Source: an uncultured Pelagibacteraceae bacterium
Lineage (GTDB): Bacteria; Pseudomonadota; Alphaproteobacteria; Pelagibacterales; Pelagibacteraceae
Direction of reading: 5' to 3'
Assembly: GCA_902559635.1 (NCBI GenBank)
Contig: CACEIY010000003.1
Span: 1,027-65,026 of the forward strand
DNA length: 64,000 nucleotides
Shown: piece by piece, positions 1-8,814 of the stretch
Layout of the letters: each line of letters begins with the position of its first letter
Position numbering within the stretch: position 1 is the stretch's first letter
The notes under the pieces: model-generated
What the model saw: only the letters and a program-made list of their open reading frames with translations
The model's database searches: none
What the model was told of the DNA's origin: nothing
Translations under genes and position numbers: made by a program

Positions 1-2
1 AT

Positions 3-341
3 AAACATCAATTTATATCATTTGGAAAAGGCGCACCTTCACCAGTTTATAATCCTGATTGGGCATTAAAACTGGGCATGCATGATGGAAAAAAAAGAAA
101 GTCTATTATGAAGGTTAATAGCGTAATGGGATTATTATTAGCTGTTGAGTCAGGAGTAGGTCTAGCAGCTTTACCTGACTATTTAGTAAGTAATTCAAAT
201 AATGTTATTAAAGTATTACCTAAGTCTGAAGGTCCTATTACAGAAGCCCATTTTGTATACCCACAATCATTAAAAAATACAGCTAGAGTTCAAGCATTTA
301 GGAACTTTTTATTCAGTAAAATAGGCGACTGGAAAGCCTAA
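3..341 (+). CDS. LysR-family transcriptional regulator, C-terminal part (truncated by window start)
   Basis: Frame is open from position 3 (KHQFISFGKGAPSP...). Contains LysR substrate-domain pattern 'LLAVESGVGLAALPDY...HFVYP...ARVQAFRNFL'. Confidence 0.85.
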   Translation, partial: KHQFISFGKGAPSPVYNPDWALKLGMHDGKKRKSIMKVNSVMGLLLAVESGVGLAALPDYLVSNSNNVIKVLPKSEGPITEAHFVYPQSLKNTARVQAFRNFLFSKIGDWKA

Positions 342-389
342 ACCCCTTAAAACAAGAAAAATCAACACAACTTTAAGGTGCGACATTAG

Positions 390-433
390 TGCGATTGATA
401 ATCATTCGCAATGATAATAGTTATCATTCTCAA
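390..433 (+). promoter_or_regulatory. Tandem Fur-box-like operator upstream of iron-binding protein
   Basis: AATGATAA-TAG-TTATCATT inverted repeat at 410-428 (7-1-7 TGATAATnATTATCA with one mismatch), preceded by a second TGATAATCATT at 396-406. Lies directly before an Fe(III)-binding protein gene. Confidence 0.8.
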
Positions 434-462
434 TAAATTATGCGGAAGAATATGGAGAAATA

Positions 463-1491
463 ATGAAAAAAATATCAATTTTGACATTGATTACATCTTT
501 ATTTGTAACAACTTTTGTTGTTGCAAACGAGGTAAATGTTTTTAACGCAAGACATTATAAAGCAGACTCTGAGCTTTATTCCAAATTCACAAATATGACT
601 GGAATTAAAGTTAATCTGATAAATGGAAAATCAGGTGCTTTAGAAAAAAGAATAATTGAAGAGGGAGCTGATTCTTCTGCAGATCTTTATATCACTGCTG
701 ACGCTGGAAGATGTGGTGCTATGGATAAAAAAGGTCATCTTCAAGGTGGTTTAACATCTGCAGCTATAAAAGCTGCCGTTCCAAAAAGCTTTAGAACAAG
801 TAAATGGGTTGGAATAGCTAAAAGAGCTAGAATAATTTATTATTCACCCGAAAGAGTTACTGGTGCTGAATTATCAGGAATGACTTATGAAGGTCTAGCC
901 GATCCTAAGTGGAAAGGAAGATTAGTAATAAGAAAATCTAGTAACATATATAATAAATCTCTTGTAGCTTCATTAATTGAAAATAATGGAAAAAAAGCTA
1001 CAGCTGAATGGGCAAAAGGAGTTGTAGCAAATATGGCTAGAGACTCTAAAGGAAATGATAGAGCTCAAATTATGGCAGTAGCTGCTGGAGAAGCTGATAT
1101 TGCTGTTGCTAATACTTATTACTTGGCTCTAATGTTATCTGGTAAAAAAGGTGCAGAGCAACAAGAAGCTGCTAAAAAAGTTAAAGCTTTCTTCCCTAAT
1201 CAGAATGATAGAGGAACGCACATGAATGTTAGTTGTGCAGCTTTAGTTAAAGGAGCGCCTAACAAAGTTAATGCCGTTAAACTTGTAGAGTTTTTATTAA
1301 CTCCACAATCTCAAGAGCATTTTACAAACAATACTTTTGAGTTTCCTATGATTGATGGTGTTTCACCAAGTCCATTAGTAGTGAACAACTTAGGATTAGA
1401 CTTCAAACAAGATATGAAAACTAAGTTATCTTCTTATGGAAAAAACCAAGCTACAGCATTAGAAGTAATGACAGCTGCTGGTTGGAAGTAA
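463..1491 (+). CDS. sfuC: Fe(III) ABC transporter periplasmic binding protein (FutA/FbpA/SfuC type)
   Basis: Signal peptide, 'ARHY', 'ADLYITADAG', 'IYN', 'ANTYY' tyrosine iron ligands. Confidence 0.93.
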   Translation: MKKISILTLITSLFVTTFVVANEVNVFNARHYKADSELYSKFTNMTGIKVNLINGKSGALEKRIIEEGADSSADLYITADAGRCGAMDKKGHLQGGLTSAAIKAAVPKSFRTSKWVGIAKRARIIYYSPERVTGAELSGMTYEGLADPKWKGRLVIRKSSNIYNKSLVASLIENNGKKATAEWAKGVVANMARDSKGNDRAQIMAVAAGEADIAVANTYYLALMLSGKKGAEQQEAAKKVKAFFPNQNDRGTHMNVSCAALVKGAPNKVNAVKLVEFLLTPQSQEHFTNNTFEFPMIDGVSPSPLVVNNLGLDFKQDMKTKLSSYGKNQATALEVMTAAGWK

Positions 1492-1498
1492 TAAATAA

Positions 1499-1669
1499 GT
1501 GAAAACTAAAAAAAAATTTATTTCTGATATTGATTTAAATAAATCTTCCAAAGCATGTTCCCCATGTAAACTGGAGTGTGAAAAAATTGATAAAAGAATA
1601 AATCAAAGAAAAATGTCTCAAATTAAAACTAAGGAGGTTCCGCATATCCTAAAAGTATTTAATTTTTGA
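1499..1669 (+). CDS. Small Cys-motif protein (56 aa, CxxCxxxC), not in ORF track
   Basis: GTG...TGA frame read by hand: MKTKKKFISDIDLNKSSKACSPCKLECEKIDKRINQRKMSQIKTKEVPHILKVFNF. Fills the gap between sfuC and a terminator. Confidence 0.6.
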   Translation: MKTKKKFISDIDLNKSSKACSPCKLECEKIDKRINQRKMSQIKTKEVPHILKVFNF

Positions 1670-1680
1670 TTTTCTTAAAT

Positions 1681-1727
1681 AGTGTCCGAAGCAAATGGGG
1701 ATTTACTTCGGACACTTTACTTTTTTC
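1681..1727 (+). terminator. Intrinsic terminator / stabilising hairpin between binding-protein and permease genes
   Basis: AGTGTCCGAAG...CTTCGGACACT perfect 11-bp stem followed by TTACTTTTTT. Confidence 0.75.
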
Positions 1728-1750
1728 ATGTTTATAAGGCGGATTATAAT

Positions 1751-3370
1751 ATGAAATTTAATAGCTGGTATCTTTCATCTTTATTAATTTCTTTAATCGT
1801 ATTAATTCCAATTATTACCGTATTTACAAGTTTTTTTGAAAACACATCTAATTATTATGAAATTTTAAAAAATACTTTTTTAATGGAGTATATATTTAAT
1901 TCATTTATTTTATTATTATTTGTATTATTACTAACATTCCTAATAGGCACTGGAACCGCATATCTAGTTTCTTTTTATAAATTTCCAGGAAGTAATTTTT
2001 TCAAATGGGCATTAATATTATCATTTGCAGTGCCACCTTATATTTACGCTTATTCCTTAACAGCCTTTTTTGAAAATTATGGTACTGCGTTTACTATTTT
2101 AAAAAATTTATTTGGTGATGCAAATTATAATAAGAGTATACCCAAATTTGATGGTGTGTTCGGTGCAATAATATCAATTACTTTTTCCTTATATGCTTAC
2201 GTTTATATTCTTACTAGAGCATCATTTTTATACCAGTCACAGAATTTGATCGATTTAGGTAGAAATCTTGGCTTTTCTAAATTTAAATCGTTTTATAAAA
2301 TAATATTACCTAGCGCTCGACCAGCTATAGTCGCTGGATTATCATTAGTTGCAATGGAAACTTTAGCTGAGTTTGGAGCAGTTGATTTTTTTTCAATAAA
2401 TACTTTAACTACAGGCATTTATAATTCATGGATAACATTTGATGATTTAGCTTTTGCTAATCGAATATCTTTTTTCTTACTATTGTTTATTTTTTCGTTA
2501 TTTATATTAGAAAATTTCTCTAGACGAAAAGCAAAATATCATTTTAATTCTAGAGAAGGATTGAAGCAAAAAGAAAAATTTAAACTTTCTGGTTTTAAAT
2601 CCTTCTTAGCATTTTTGTTTTGTTTTTTTATATTTTTTATGAGTTTCTTATTTCCATTATGTCAAATGTTATACTGGACAATATTGTTCCCAGAGAATTT
2701 GCAAGATTTAAAAGTAATAAATCTTTTATTAAATACTATTTACCTGGTAGCGTTATCTAGTTTAATTTTAATAACATTTTCTTTAATTTCTAATTATGGT
2801 AATAGAGTTTCAAATAATAAAACTCTAAATTATTTATCTACATTATCAATTTCAGGTTATGCAATTCCAGGAGTAATTTTAGCAATAGCTTTTATTACTT
2901 TTATAGCATGGTTTGATGATAATATAATCAAGTCTTTAGGTTTTTTATCTATAAAAAAATTATTCATAGGCTCAATTCTTGGATTGGTTTTGGTTTATTT
3001 TATAAGATTTTATTCTTTAGCTTTTAATGGAATAAAATCTGGATATGAAAAAATTAATATTTCAGTGGATGAGAGTGCTTACTTACTTGGTTACTCTAAA
3101 AGAAAAACATTTATGAATATTCACATTCCATTTTTAAGAAATTCTCTTTTATTTATCATAATCTTGATTTCATTAGAAATTATAAGAGAATTGCCTATAA
3201 CTTTAATCTTAAGACCTTTTAATTTCGAAACTTTTGCTACTACAGCCTATATATCTGCTTCTGAGGACTTGTTAGAAGCTGCAGCTGTACCATCATTATT
3301 TTTAATTTTGATTGCAAGTTTGTTTATTATGATTACATCAAAGTATATTCTAAGAGAAAAATATGAATAA
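1751..3370 (+). CDS. sfuB: Fe(III) ABC transporter permease (FbpB/SfuB)
   Basis: Two permease repeats with EAA-like loops ('DLGRNLG', 'DESAYLLG'), 'ARPAIVAGLSLVAMETLAEFG'. Start moved to ATG 1751 because the track start (1682) lies inside the hairpin. Confidence 0.9.
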   Translation: MKFNSWYLSSLLISLIVLIPIITVFTSFFENTSNYYEILKNTFLMEYIFNSFILLLFVLLLTFLIGTGTAYLVSFYKFPGSNFFKWALILSFAVPPYIYAYSLTAFFENYGTAFTILKNLFGDANYNKSIPKFDGVFGAIISITFSLYAYVYILTRASFLYQSQNLIDLGRNLGFSKFKSFYKIILPSARPAIVAGLSLVAMETLAEFGAVDFFSINTLTTGIYNSWITFDDLAFANRISFFLLLFIFSLFILENFSRRKAKYHFNSREGLKQKEKFKLSGFKSFLAFLFCFFIFFMSFLFPLCQMLYWTILFPENLQDLKVINLLLNTIYLVALSSLILITFSLISNYGNRVSNNKTLNYLSTLSISGYAIPGVILAIAFITFIAWFDDNIIKSLGFLSIKKLFIGSILGLVLVYFIRFYSLAFNGIKSGYEKINISVDESAYLLGYSKRKTFMNIHIPFLRNSLLFIIILISLEIIRELPITLILRPFNFETFATTAYISASEDLLEAAAVPSLFLILIASLFIMITSKYILREKYE

Positions 3371-4424
3371 AAATTTTTTTGAAGTAAAAAATGTTGATTT
3401 TAATGTTGATGGTAAAGTTAAAGTAAGAAATGTATCTTTTTCGATCAAAAATGAAGGAGATGTAATATGCCTTTTAGGTCCATCTGGCATTGGAAAAACT
3501 ACTATATTAAGAACAATTGCAGGATTGGAAAAAATAAATAATGGTTCAATAGAATTAAAAGGTAAAATTCTATCATCTTCTAAAAAAAATGAAGAACCAG
3601 AAGACAGAAACATATCTCTTGCTTTTCAAGAAAACAGTTTATTTCCACATTATACAGTTGAAGAAAATATATTATTAGGTTCTGAAAGAAATAAAGGAAA
3701 AAAAAATAAAAAAATTAGTTTTAAAGAAATAGTGGGTTTATTGGATATTTCTCAAATATTAAGTAAATATCCCCATCAGATTAGTGCAGGCGAAGCCCAG
3801 AGAGCTTCTCTTGCAAGATCTTTAATAACTCAGCCTGACCTTTTGCTATTAGATGAACCTTTATCAAATGTTGATCAAAGTTTTAAGGAAGAAATTCAGG
3901 TAAGATTAAAAAAAATATTAAATAAATTAAAAATTTCCACAATAATTGTTACACATGATTCTTATGAAGCATTTTATTTAGGCTCAAAATGTGGAATAAT
4001 TTTAGATCAAGAGCTCAAGCAATTTGATGATCCTTATAAAGTTTATCATTTTCCAAATTCAGTTGAAGTTGTTAATTTTTTAAATAGAGGAATATTAATT
4101 CCTGCCAAAGTAACTGGAGAAAATTCATTAGAGAACGAAGATTTAGGTACAATAAAAGGAAATTTTATAAAAAATTATCCAAGAGGATCTAATGTAAAAT
4201 TATTAATTCAGCCAGAAGATTTAGAACATGATGACAAAAGCAATTTAAAACTTGAAGTAGTTGATAGAAAATTTAGGGGTACAAATTTTATCTATACACT
4301 TAAAGCTCCTAGTAATACTTTAATTCCAGTTTTTGTCCATTCTCACCACATTCATCAGCATGAAGTAGATGAAAAATTTGGTATCAAAAGACCAATTCAT
4401 ATTGATCATATTGTTTGCTTCTAA
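3363..4424 (+). CDS. sfuA: Fe(III) ABC transporter ATP-binding protein (FbpC/SfuA)
   Basis: Walker A GPSGIGKT, signature ISAGE, Walker B LLLLDEP, His-rich C-terminus. Confidence 0.9.
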   Translation: MNKNFFEVKNVDFNVDGKVKVRNVSFSIKNEGDVICLLGPSGIGKTTILRTIAGLEKINNGSIELKGKILSSSKKNEEPEDRNISLAFQENSLFPHYTVEENILLGSERNKGKKNKKISFKEIVGLLDISQILSKYPHQISAGEAQRASLARSLITQPDLLLLDEPLSNVDQSFKEEIQVRLKKILNKLKISTIIVTHDSYEAFYLGSKCGIILDQELKQFDDPYKVYHFPNSVEVVNFLNRGILIPAKVTGENSLENEDLGTIKGNFIKNYPRGSNVKLLIQPEDLEHDDKSNLKLEVVDRKFRGTNFIYTLKAPSNTLIPVFVHSHHIHQHEVDEKFGIKRPIHIDHIVCF

Positions 4425-4442
4425 TAAAAGCTCTTAAATAAA

Positions 4443-5135
4443 ATGAAAAGCAGTTTTAAAATTTTTTTGAAAGGAATTATTGATGTAAGTCCATTAATGA
4501 TACCAGTGGTACCATTTGGTTTAATATTTGGTGTTTTAGCAATTGATATTGGATTTAGCCCTTTAGAAACAATGGGAATGTCCTTAATTATATTTGGTGG
4601 AGCCTCTCAAATAGTTCTTTTACAATTATTTTCTGGAGGAGCTTCTTCTTTAGTTATTATTAGTTCAGTTGGGGCAGTGAATTCAAGACATTTACTTTAT
4701 GGAGCTGTAGTTTCCGAGCACTTATCAGATTTAAAATTGATTTGGAAAATAATTATTTCTTATTTTTTAATTGATCAGGCATTTGCAATATCAAATGAAT
4801 ATTTAAAGAAAAATAAGAATAATAATAGGTACTTTCACTTAGTTGGTGGTGGAGCGACTTGTTGGGTAATTTGGCAATCAACTACTTTATTAGGAATTAT
4901 ATTAGGTTCTGCTATACCAGAAAAACTTGGTTTAAGTTTTGCTGTTCCCTTAACTTTTTTAGCATTGTTAGTAAATGATTTTAGGAAATTTATAAATGTA
5001 GTTGTTATAATTATTTCAGGTTTAGTGGCTACGCTGGGGTATAATTATATTCCCTTTAAGGCTTATGTAATAGTTGCTGCTTTGGTTGGATTATTTACAG
5101 CAATGATATTAACAAAAAAAATTAAAACAAAATGA
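4443..5135 (+). CDS. azlC: AzlC-family branched-chain amino acid exporter subunit
   Basis: 'PFGLIFG', 'FGGASQ', 'VNSRHLLYG', 'LIDQAFA' AzlC motifs. Confidence 0.85.
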   Translation: MKSSFKIFLKGIIDVSPLMIPVVPFGLIFGVLAIDIGFSPLETMGMSLIIFGGASQIVLLQLFSGGASSLVIISSVGAVNSRHLLYGAVVSEHLSDLKLIWKIIISYFLIDQAFAISNEYLKKNKNNNRYFHLVGGGATCWVIWQSTTLLGIILGSAIPEKLGLSFAVPLTFLALLVNDFRKFINVVVIIISGLVATLGYNYIPFKAYVIVAALVGLFTAMILTKKIKTK

Positions 5136-5446
5136 GTAATTGGGCTTTAATTATATATTGTGGATTAATTACCTATCTTACTAGATTTACAATGATAGCT
5201 TTAATTAAAAAGGAAATGTTTAATGACAGGATAAGGGAAGTATTGTCCTTTGTACCTTCTGCCATATTTCCAGCTATAATTTTTCCAGCAATTTTCATAA
5301 ATGATTCAGGGTCATTTCAATTAGAGGATAATCCAAAGATAATTGCAGCAATAATTGCAATGGTTATTGGTATATTTACAAGAAGTATTATTGCGACAAT
5401 ATTTTCAGGATTAGCATCTTATTGGTTTTTAATATTTGTTATATAA
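5132..5446 (+). CDS. azlD: AzlD-family small membrane subunit
   Basis: 'TYLTRF', 'LSFVPSAIFPAII'; ATGA overlap with azlC. Confidence 0.8.
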   Translation: MSNWALIIYCGLITYLTRFTMIALIKKEMFNDRIREVLSFVPSAIFPAIIFPAIFINDSGSFQLEDNPKIIAAIIAMVIGIFTRSIIATIFSGLASYWFLIFVI

Positions 5447-5453
5447 AAATTTC

Positions 5454-5822
5454 ATGAGAAGATTTTTTATACTTATTTTTTGTATATTTGCATTTAGTGC
5501 AAACTCCTTAGAAAAGAAATCTAATTTTAATAAAGAGTTATTCAATAAAGCTCAATCAGAAGGTAAACTTGTGGTGGTAAGTTCTTGGACTAAATATTGC
5601 TCATCTTGCGCGAGTCAAATGAAAGTTTTGAATAAAGCAAAAAATGAATTTGATAATATTGAATACTTTACATTTGAAATAACAAATAAAGAAGTTGCTA
5701 AATTACTAAATGTTCAATATCAAACAACACTTTTAATTTTTAAAGATAATAAAGAAATTTATAGAAGCATTGGCGAAACAAGTAGGGAAAAAATTTATAA
5801 AGCAATAAAATCTTCAATCTAG
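5454..5822 (+). CDS. Secreted thioredoxin-like protein
   Basis: Signal peptide MRRFFILIFCIFAFSANS, CSSC motif, 'QTTLLIFKD.KEIYR'. Confidence 0.7.
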   Translation: MRRFFILIFCIFAFSANSLEKKSNFNKELFNKAQSEGKLVVVSSWTKYCSSCASQMKVLNKAKNEFDNIEYFTFEITNKEVAKLLNVQYQTTLLIFKDNKEIYRSIGETSREKIYKAIKSSI

Positions 5823-5824
5823 AC

Positions 5825-6505
5825 CTAAGCACCTAAGTTAATATTTTTAGAAACATTAAACTCAATTTCAGAAGGTTTTTTTAAATTTAAATTATTCATA
5901 ATTTCAATATATTCTTCAACATTATTTACTTGTAGTCTAGGATTGAATTTTTTTTCTTTTCCAATTGTACTATTTTTTTCTCCATTATAATCATGTGCTG
6001 GATATAAAAGTGTTTCGTCAGGTAACTTTAAAAGTCTATTAAATATTGAATTGTAAGCATCTTTTGAACTTCCATTTTGAAAATCAGTTCTTCCAGTTCC
6101 ATTGATAAGCAAAGTATCTCCTGAAAAAAGATAATTATTCATTAAAAAACTGTAACTATCTGATGTATGTCCCGGAGTATATATTGCTCTTATTTTTAGA
6201 TTATCTAAATTAATAAACTCATCATCTTTAACTTTAATTTCTACCGCTTCAGCTGGAGTATGTTCACCCATAATTGTTGAGCACTTAGTTATATCTTTAA
6301 GTTTAGAAGCACCAGTTACATGGTCTGCATGTATATGAGTATCAATTACTTTTACTAGTTTTAAATCAAGTTCTTTAAGTAAATTAATGTATTCATTTAC
6401 ATTTTTTATAACAGGATCAATAATCAAAGCTTCTCTGCCTTGTCCAGAAGAAATCAAATAGGTATACGTAGAAGATTTTGTATCGAATAATTGTTTAAAA
6501 ATCAT
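5825..6505 (-). CDS. ETHE1-like persulfide dioxygenase (metallo-beta-lactamase fold)
   Basis: 'FKQLFD..SSTYTYLI', 'DTHIHADHVTG', 'TPGHT', 'GRTDFQNG', 'YPAHDY', 'NPRL'. Confidence 0.85.
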   Translation of the reverse strand: MIFKQLFDTKSSTYTYLISSGQGREALIIDPVIKNVNEYINLLKELDLKLVKVIDTHIHADHVTGASKLKDITKCSTIMGEHTPAEAVEIKVKDDEFINLDNLKIRAIYTPGHTSDSYSFLMNNYLFSGDTLLINGTGRTDFQNGSSKDAYNSIFNRLLKLPDETLLYPAHDYNGEKNSTIGKEKKFNPRLQVNNVEEYIEIMNNLNLKKPSEIEFNVSKNINLGA

Positions 6506-6592
6506 TTTTACATAATAACACATACATTATAACATTTAAGAACAATTTGACCCATTGATATAGTATTTTAGAATATTATTTTTCTAAATAAT

Positions 6593-7096
6593 ATGAATAA
6601 AATTATTACTGTTTTAATTATAATATTCTTAACTTCATTTGCTTACGCAGATGAAAATATGAAAATTGGTTCTAAAGGTAATTTAAGTGAAGTAACTCGA
6701 ATAATAAAAGTTATTATGTATGATAATTATTATGAACCAAGTTCTTTTCAAATAAAGGAAGGTGAAACAATAAAGTTTGAAGTAAAAAATGCAGGTAAAT
6801 TAGTCCATGAATTTAATATTGCAAACAAAATGATGCACATGAAACATCAGCCGGAGATGGAAATGATGGTTGAAAACGAAATTCTTTTTGCTGACTTTAT
6901 TGATTATGATAAAATGAAAAAAATGGCAAAGATTGATAAATCTATGGGCCACTCACATAATAATAGCGTTTTATTAGAACCAAATCAGAAAGCAGATATT
7001 ATTTGGAAATTTGATAATGCAATTAATATTGAAATTGCATGTAATGTTCCTGGACATTATCAAGCTGGAATGATTGCTAAGGCTAATATAAATTAA
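6593..7096 (+). CDS. Periplasmic cupredoxin (CopI/azurin-like copper-binding protein)
   Basis: Signal peptide, 'HEF', type-1 Cu site 'CNVPGHYQAGM', Met/His-rich insert. Confidence 0.85.
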   Translation: MNKIITVLIIIFLTSFAYADENMKIGSKGNLSEVTRIIKVIMYDNYYEPSSFQIKEGETIKFEVKNAGKLVHEFNIANKMMHMKHQPEMEMMVENEILFADFIDYDKMKKMAKIDKSMGHSHNNSVLLEPNQKADIIWKFDNAINIEIACNVPGHYQAGMIAKANIN

Positions 7097-7100
7097 TTTA

Positions 7101-7547
7101 ATGGAAAACAGTGCTAATACTAACTTTGATTGGTTTTGTGTACGCACTTGGACAACAAGTGCAAAAAATACTGGGTGGTGTTTATTTGGATGCGCAATTG
7201 GTGACTTTGGAACAATTTTATTTTTTCAATTAACCAAAATTCCATTTCCAGTTTTAGCAATAATGATTTTAGCAATTATAAATGGTTTAGTTACCAGTAT
7301 TATTCTCGAAACGTTTATTTTAATGAAACAAAATCTTGATTTTTCAAAAGCTTTTAAAACAGCAATGGGAATGAGTTTTATTTCTATGATTAGTATGGAG
7401 ATCACAATGAATCTAACAGATTATTTTTTAACTGGGGGAGCTATTTTAACATGGTGGGTAATACCAATTATGCTCTTAGTGGGCTTTTTAACTCCTTGGC
7501 CATATAATTATTGGAGATTAAAAAAATTTGAAATCAGCTGTCATTAA
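7101..7547 (+). CDS. DUF4396-like membrane protein
   Basis: 'WCLFGCAIGDFG', 'SMISME', 'GFLTPWPYNYW'. Confidence 0.75.
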   Translation: MENSANTNFDWFCVRTWTTSAKNTGWCLFGCAIGDFGTILFFQLTKIPFPVLAIMILAIINGLVTSIILETFILMKQNLDFSKAFKTAMGMSFISMISMEITMNLTDYFLTGGAILTWWVIPIMLLVGFLTPWPYNYWRLKKFEISCH

Positions 7548-8247
7548 AAATTGGGATAATAAAACTTGGCTTTCTTCATATGATTATATTAAGTCATTTA
7601 ATAAATTTTTATCTAAAAATACTAAATTTAGGTCTAATTCAAAAATTTTAGATATTGGATGTGGCCGAGGAAAAATCATTGGAGATTTAAGTTCTCGATT
7701 AAATCTTAAAATAAAACCAATAGGAATAGATTTAGTAAATCACATTGATAAAGATAAAAGAATTAAATTCATAAAAAAAGATGCTTTATCTTTTTTTAAA
7801 GATAATAAACAAAAATTTGATTTAATTTTAATTAAACAAACAATTCATTTGTTAAGTATAAATAGTATAAAAAATTTGGTAAATGAATGTAAAAAAAATC
7901 TTAATACAGACGGGAAAATATTTATTTTTACGTTGGACCCATTTAAAAATGAAATACCGTCATTTGAATTGATGAAAAAAAAACTAAAAAGATCTCTTCA
8001 AAGAGACAAAATAATATTAAAATTTTTGTCTCAACATAATTCTAGTAAAAATTCAAAAAAATTTTTTTACAAAGTAAAAATAACAAAAAAAAAATATTTA
8101 AAAATGATTCAAAATAGATTTATATCGACCTTATTGCCTATGACAAAAAAGCAGATATCAAATGGAATTAAAGAGATAGATTTGAAATTTAACAAAATAT
8201 TGAAATTTAATGATAATTTAATTTGTGTTATTTTAAAAAAAAATTAA
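7528..8247 (+). CDS. Class I SAM-dependent methyltransferase
   Basis: 'ILDIGCGRG' motif I, 'KFDLIL'. Confidence 0.8.
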   Translation: MKSAVIKNWDNKTWLSSYDYIKSFNKFLSKNTKFRSNSKILDIGCGRGKIIGDLSSRLNLKIKPIGIDLVNHIDKDKRIKFIKKDALSFFKDNKQKFDLILIKQTIHLLSINSIKNLVNECKKNLNTDGKIFIFTLDPFKNEIPSFELMKKKLKRSLQRDKIILKFLSQHNSSKNSKKFFYKVKITKKKYLKMIQNRFISTLLPMTKKQISNGIKEIDLKFNKILKFNDNLICVILKKN

Positions 8248-8256
8248 AGTATTAAT

Positions 8257-8439
8257 ATGTCAAAATATATATCTGGTTTAATAAATTTAATAGCAAGTCT
8301 CGTTGTTTCGACATTTATTATTTATGCGATAAATTTCATTGCAGGTTTTTCAGGTGCTGATTATTCTTTTACAAATGGAGAAGTTTTTGTAATTTGGATT
8401 TTAATGGCAATTTTAGTTAATAATTGCTTTAAAAAATAA
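8257..8439 (+). CDS. Small two-TM hypothetical protein
   Basis: 60-aa hydrophobic ORF packed within a same-strand gene run. Confidence 0.6.
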   Translation: MSKYISGLINLIASLVVSTFIIYAINFIAGFSGADYSFTNGEVFVIWILMAILVNNCFKK

Positions 8440-8450
8440 ATTTTTATAAA

Positions 8451-8738
8451 ATGGCAAATTCAGCTAAGACTGATGACATAATCTTTAATTTTTTTAAACA
8501 AATTTGTGATGAAAAGAATGATCAAAAATGTGTTCAGCTCGGTAATGATTGGATTAATTCAATGGAAAAAAATTTAAAAAATATGGAAACTAATTTAGAT
8601 GAAAAAGATAAAGTTAAATACAAATTTGATATTCAAAACAATCGTAATCATTTAAATAGCCTTAAAGGTAAAAGCCCATCAGAGTGGAGAGAATATGCCA
8701 CTCAGTGTATGATTGAAATAATGGATAATAAAAGATAA
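8451..8738 (+). CDS. Hypothetical protein (95 aa, likely helical)
   Basis: ORF fills gap in same-strand run; no recognised motif. Confidence 0.65.
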   Translation: MANSAKTDDIIFNFFKQICDEKNDQKCVQLGNDWINSMEKNLKNMETNLDEKDKVKYKFDIQNNRNHLNSLKGKSPSEWREYATQCMIEIMDNKR

Positions 8739-8740
8739 TA

Positions 8741-8814
8741 ATAACTTAAGGGGTGTCTTAACAGACTGAGATTAAACCCTAAGAACCTGTCCGGTAATTC
8801 AGAAAGGGATAATT
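8741..8814 (+). ncRNA. TPP-class riboswitch (variant aptamer)
   Basis: GGGGTGTC-TTAACA-GACTGAGATTAAACCCTAAGAACCTG..GGTAAT..AGGGA matches the TPP core (GGGGUG/CUGAGA/ACCC/GAACCUG/GUAAU/AGGGA). The RBS overlaps the aptamer 3' end. Confidence 0.85.

Noticed and set aside
1682-1750. N-terminal extension of the iron permease given in the ORF track
   Set aside because: The GTG lies inside a terminator hairpin; ATG 1751 gives a typical permease start.
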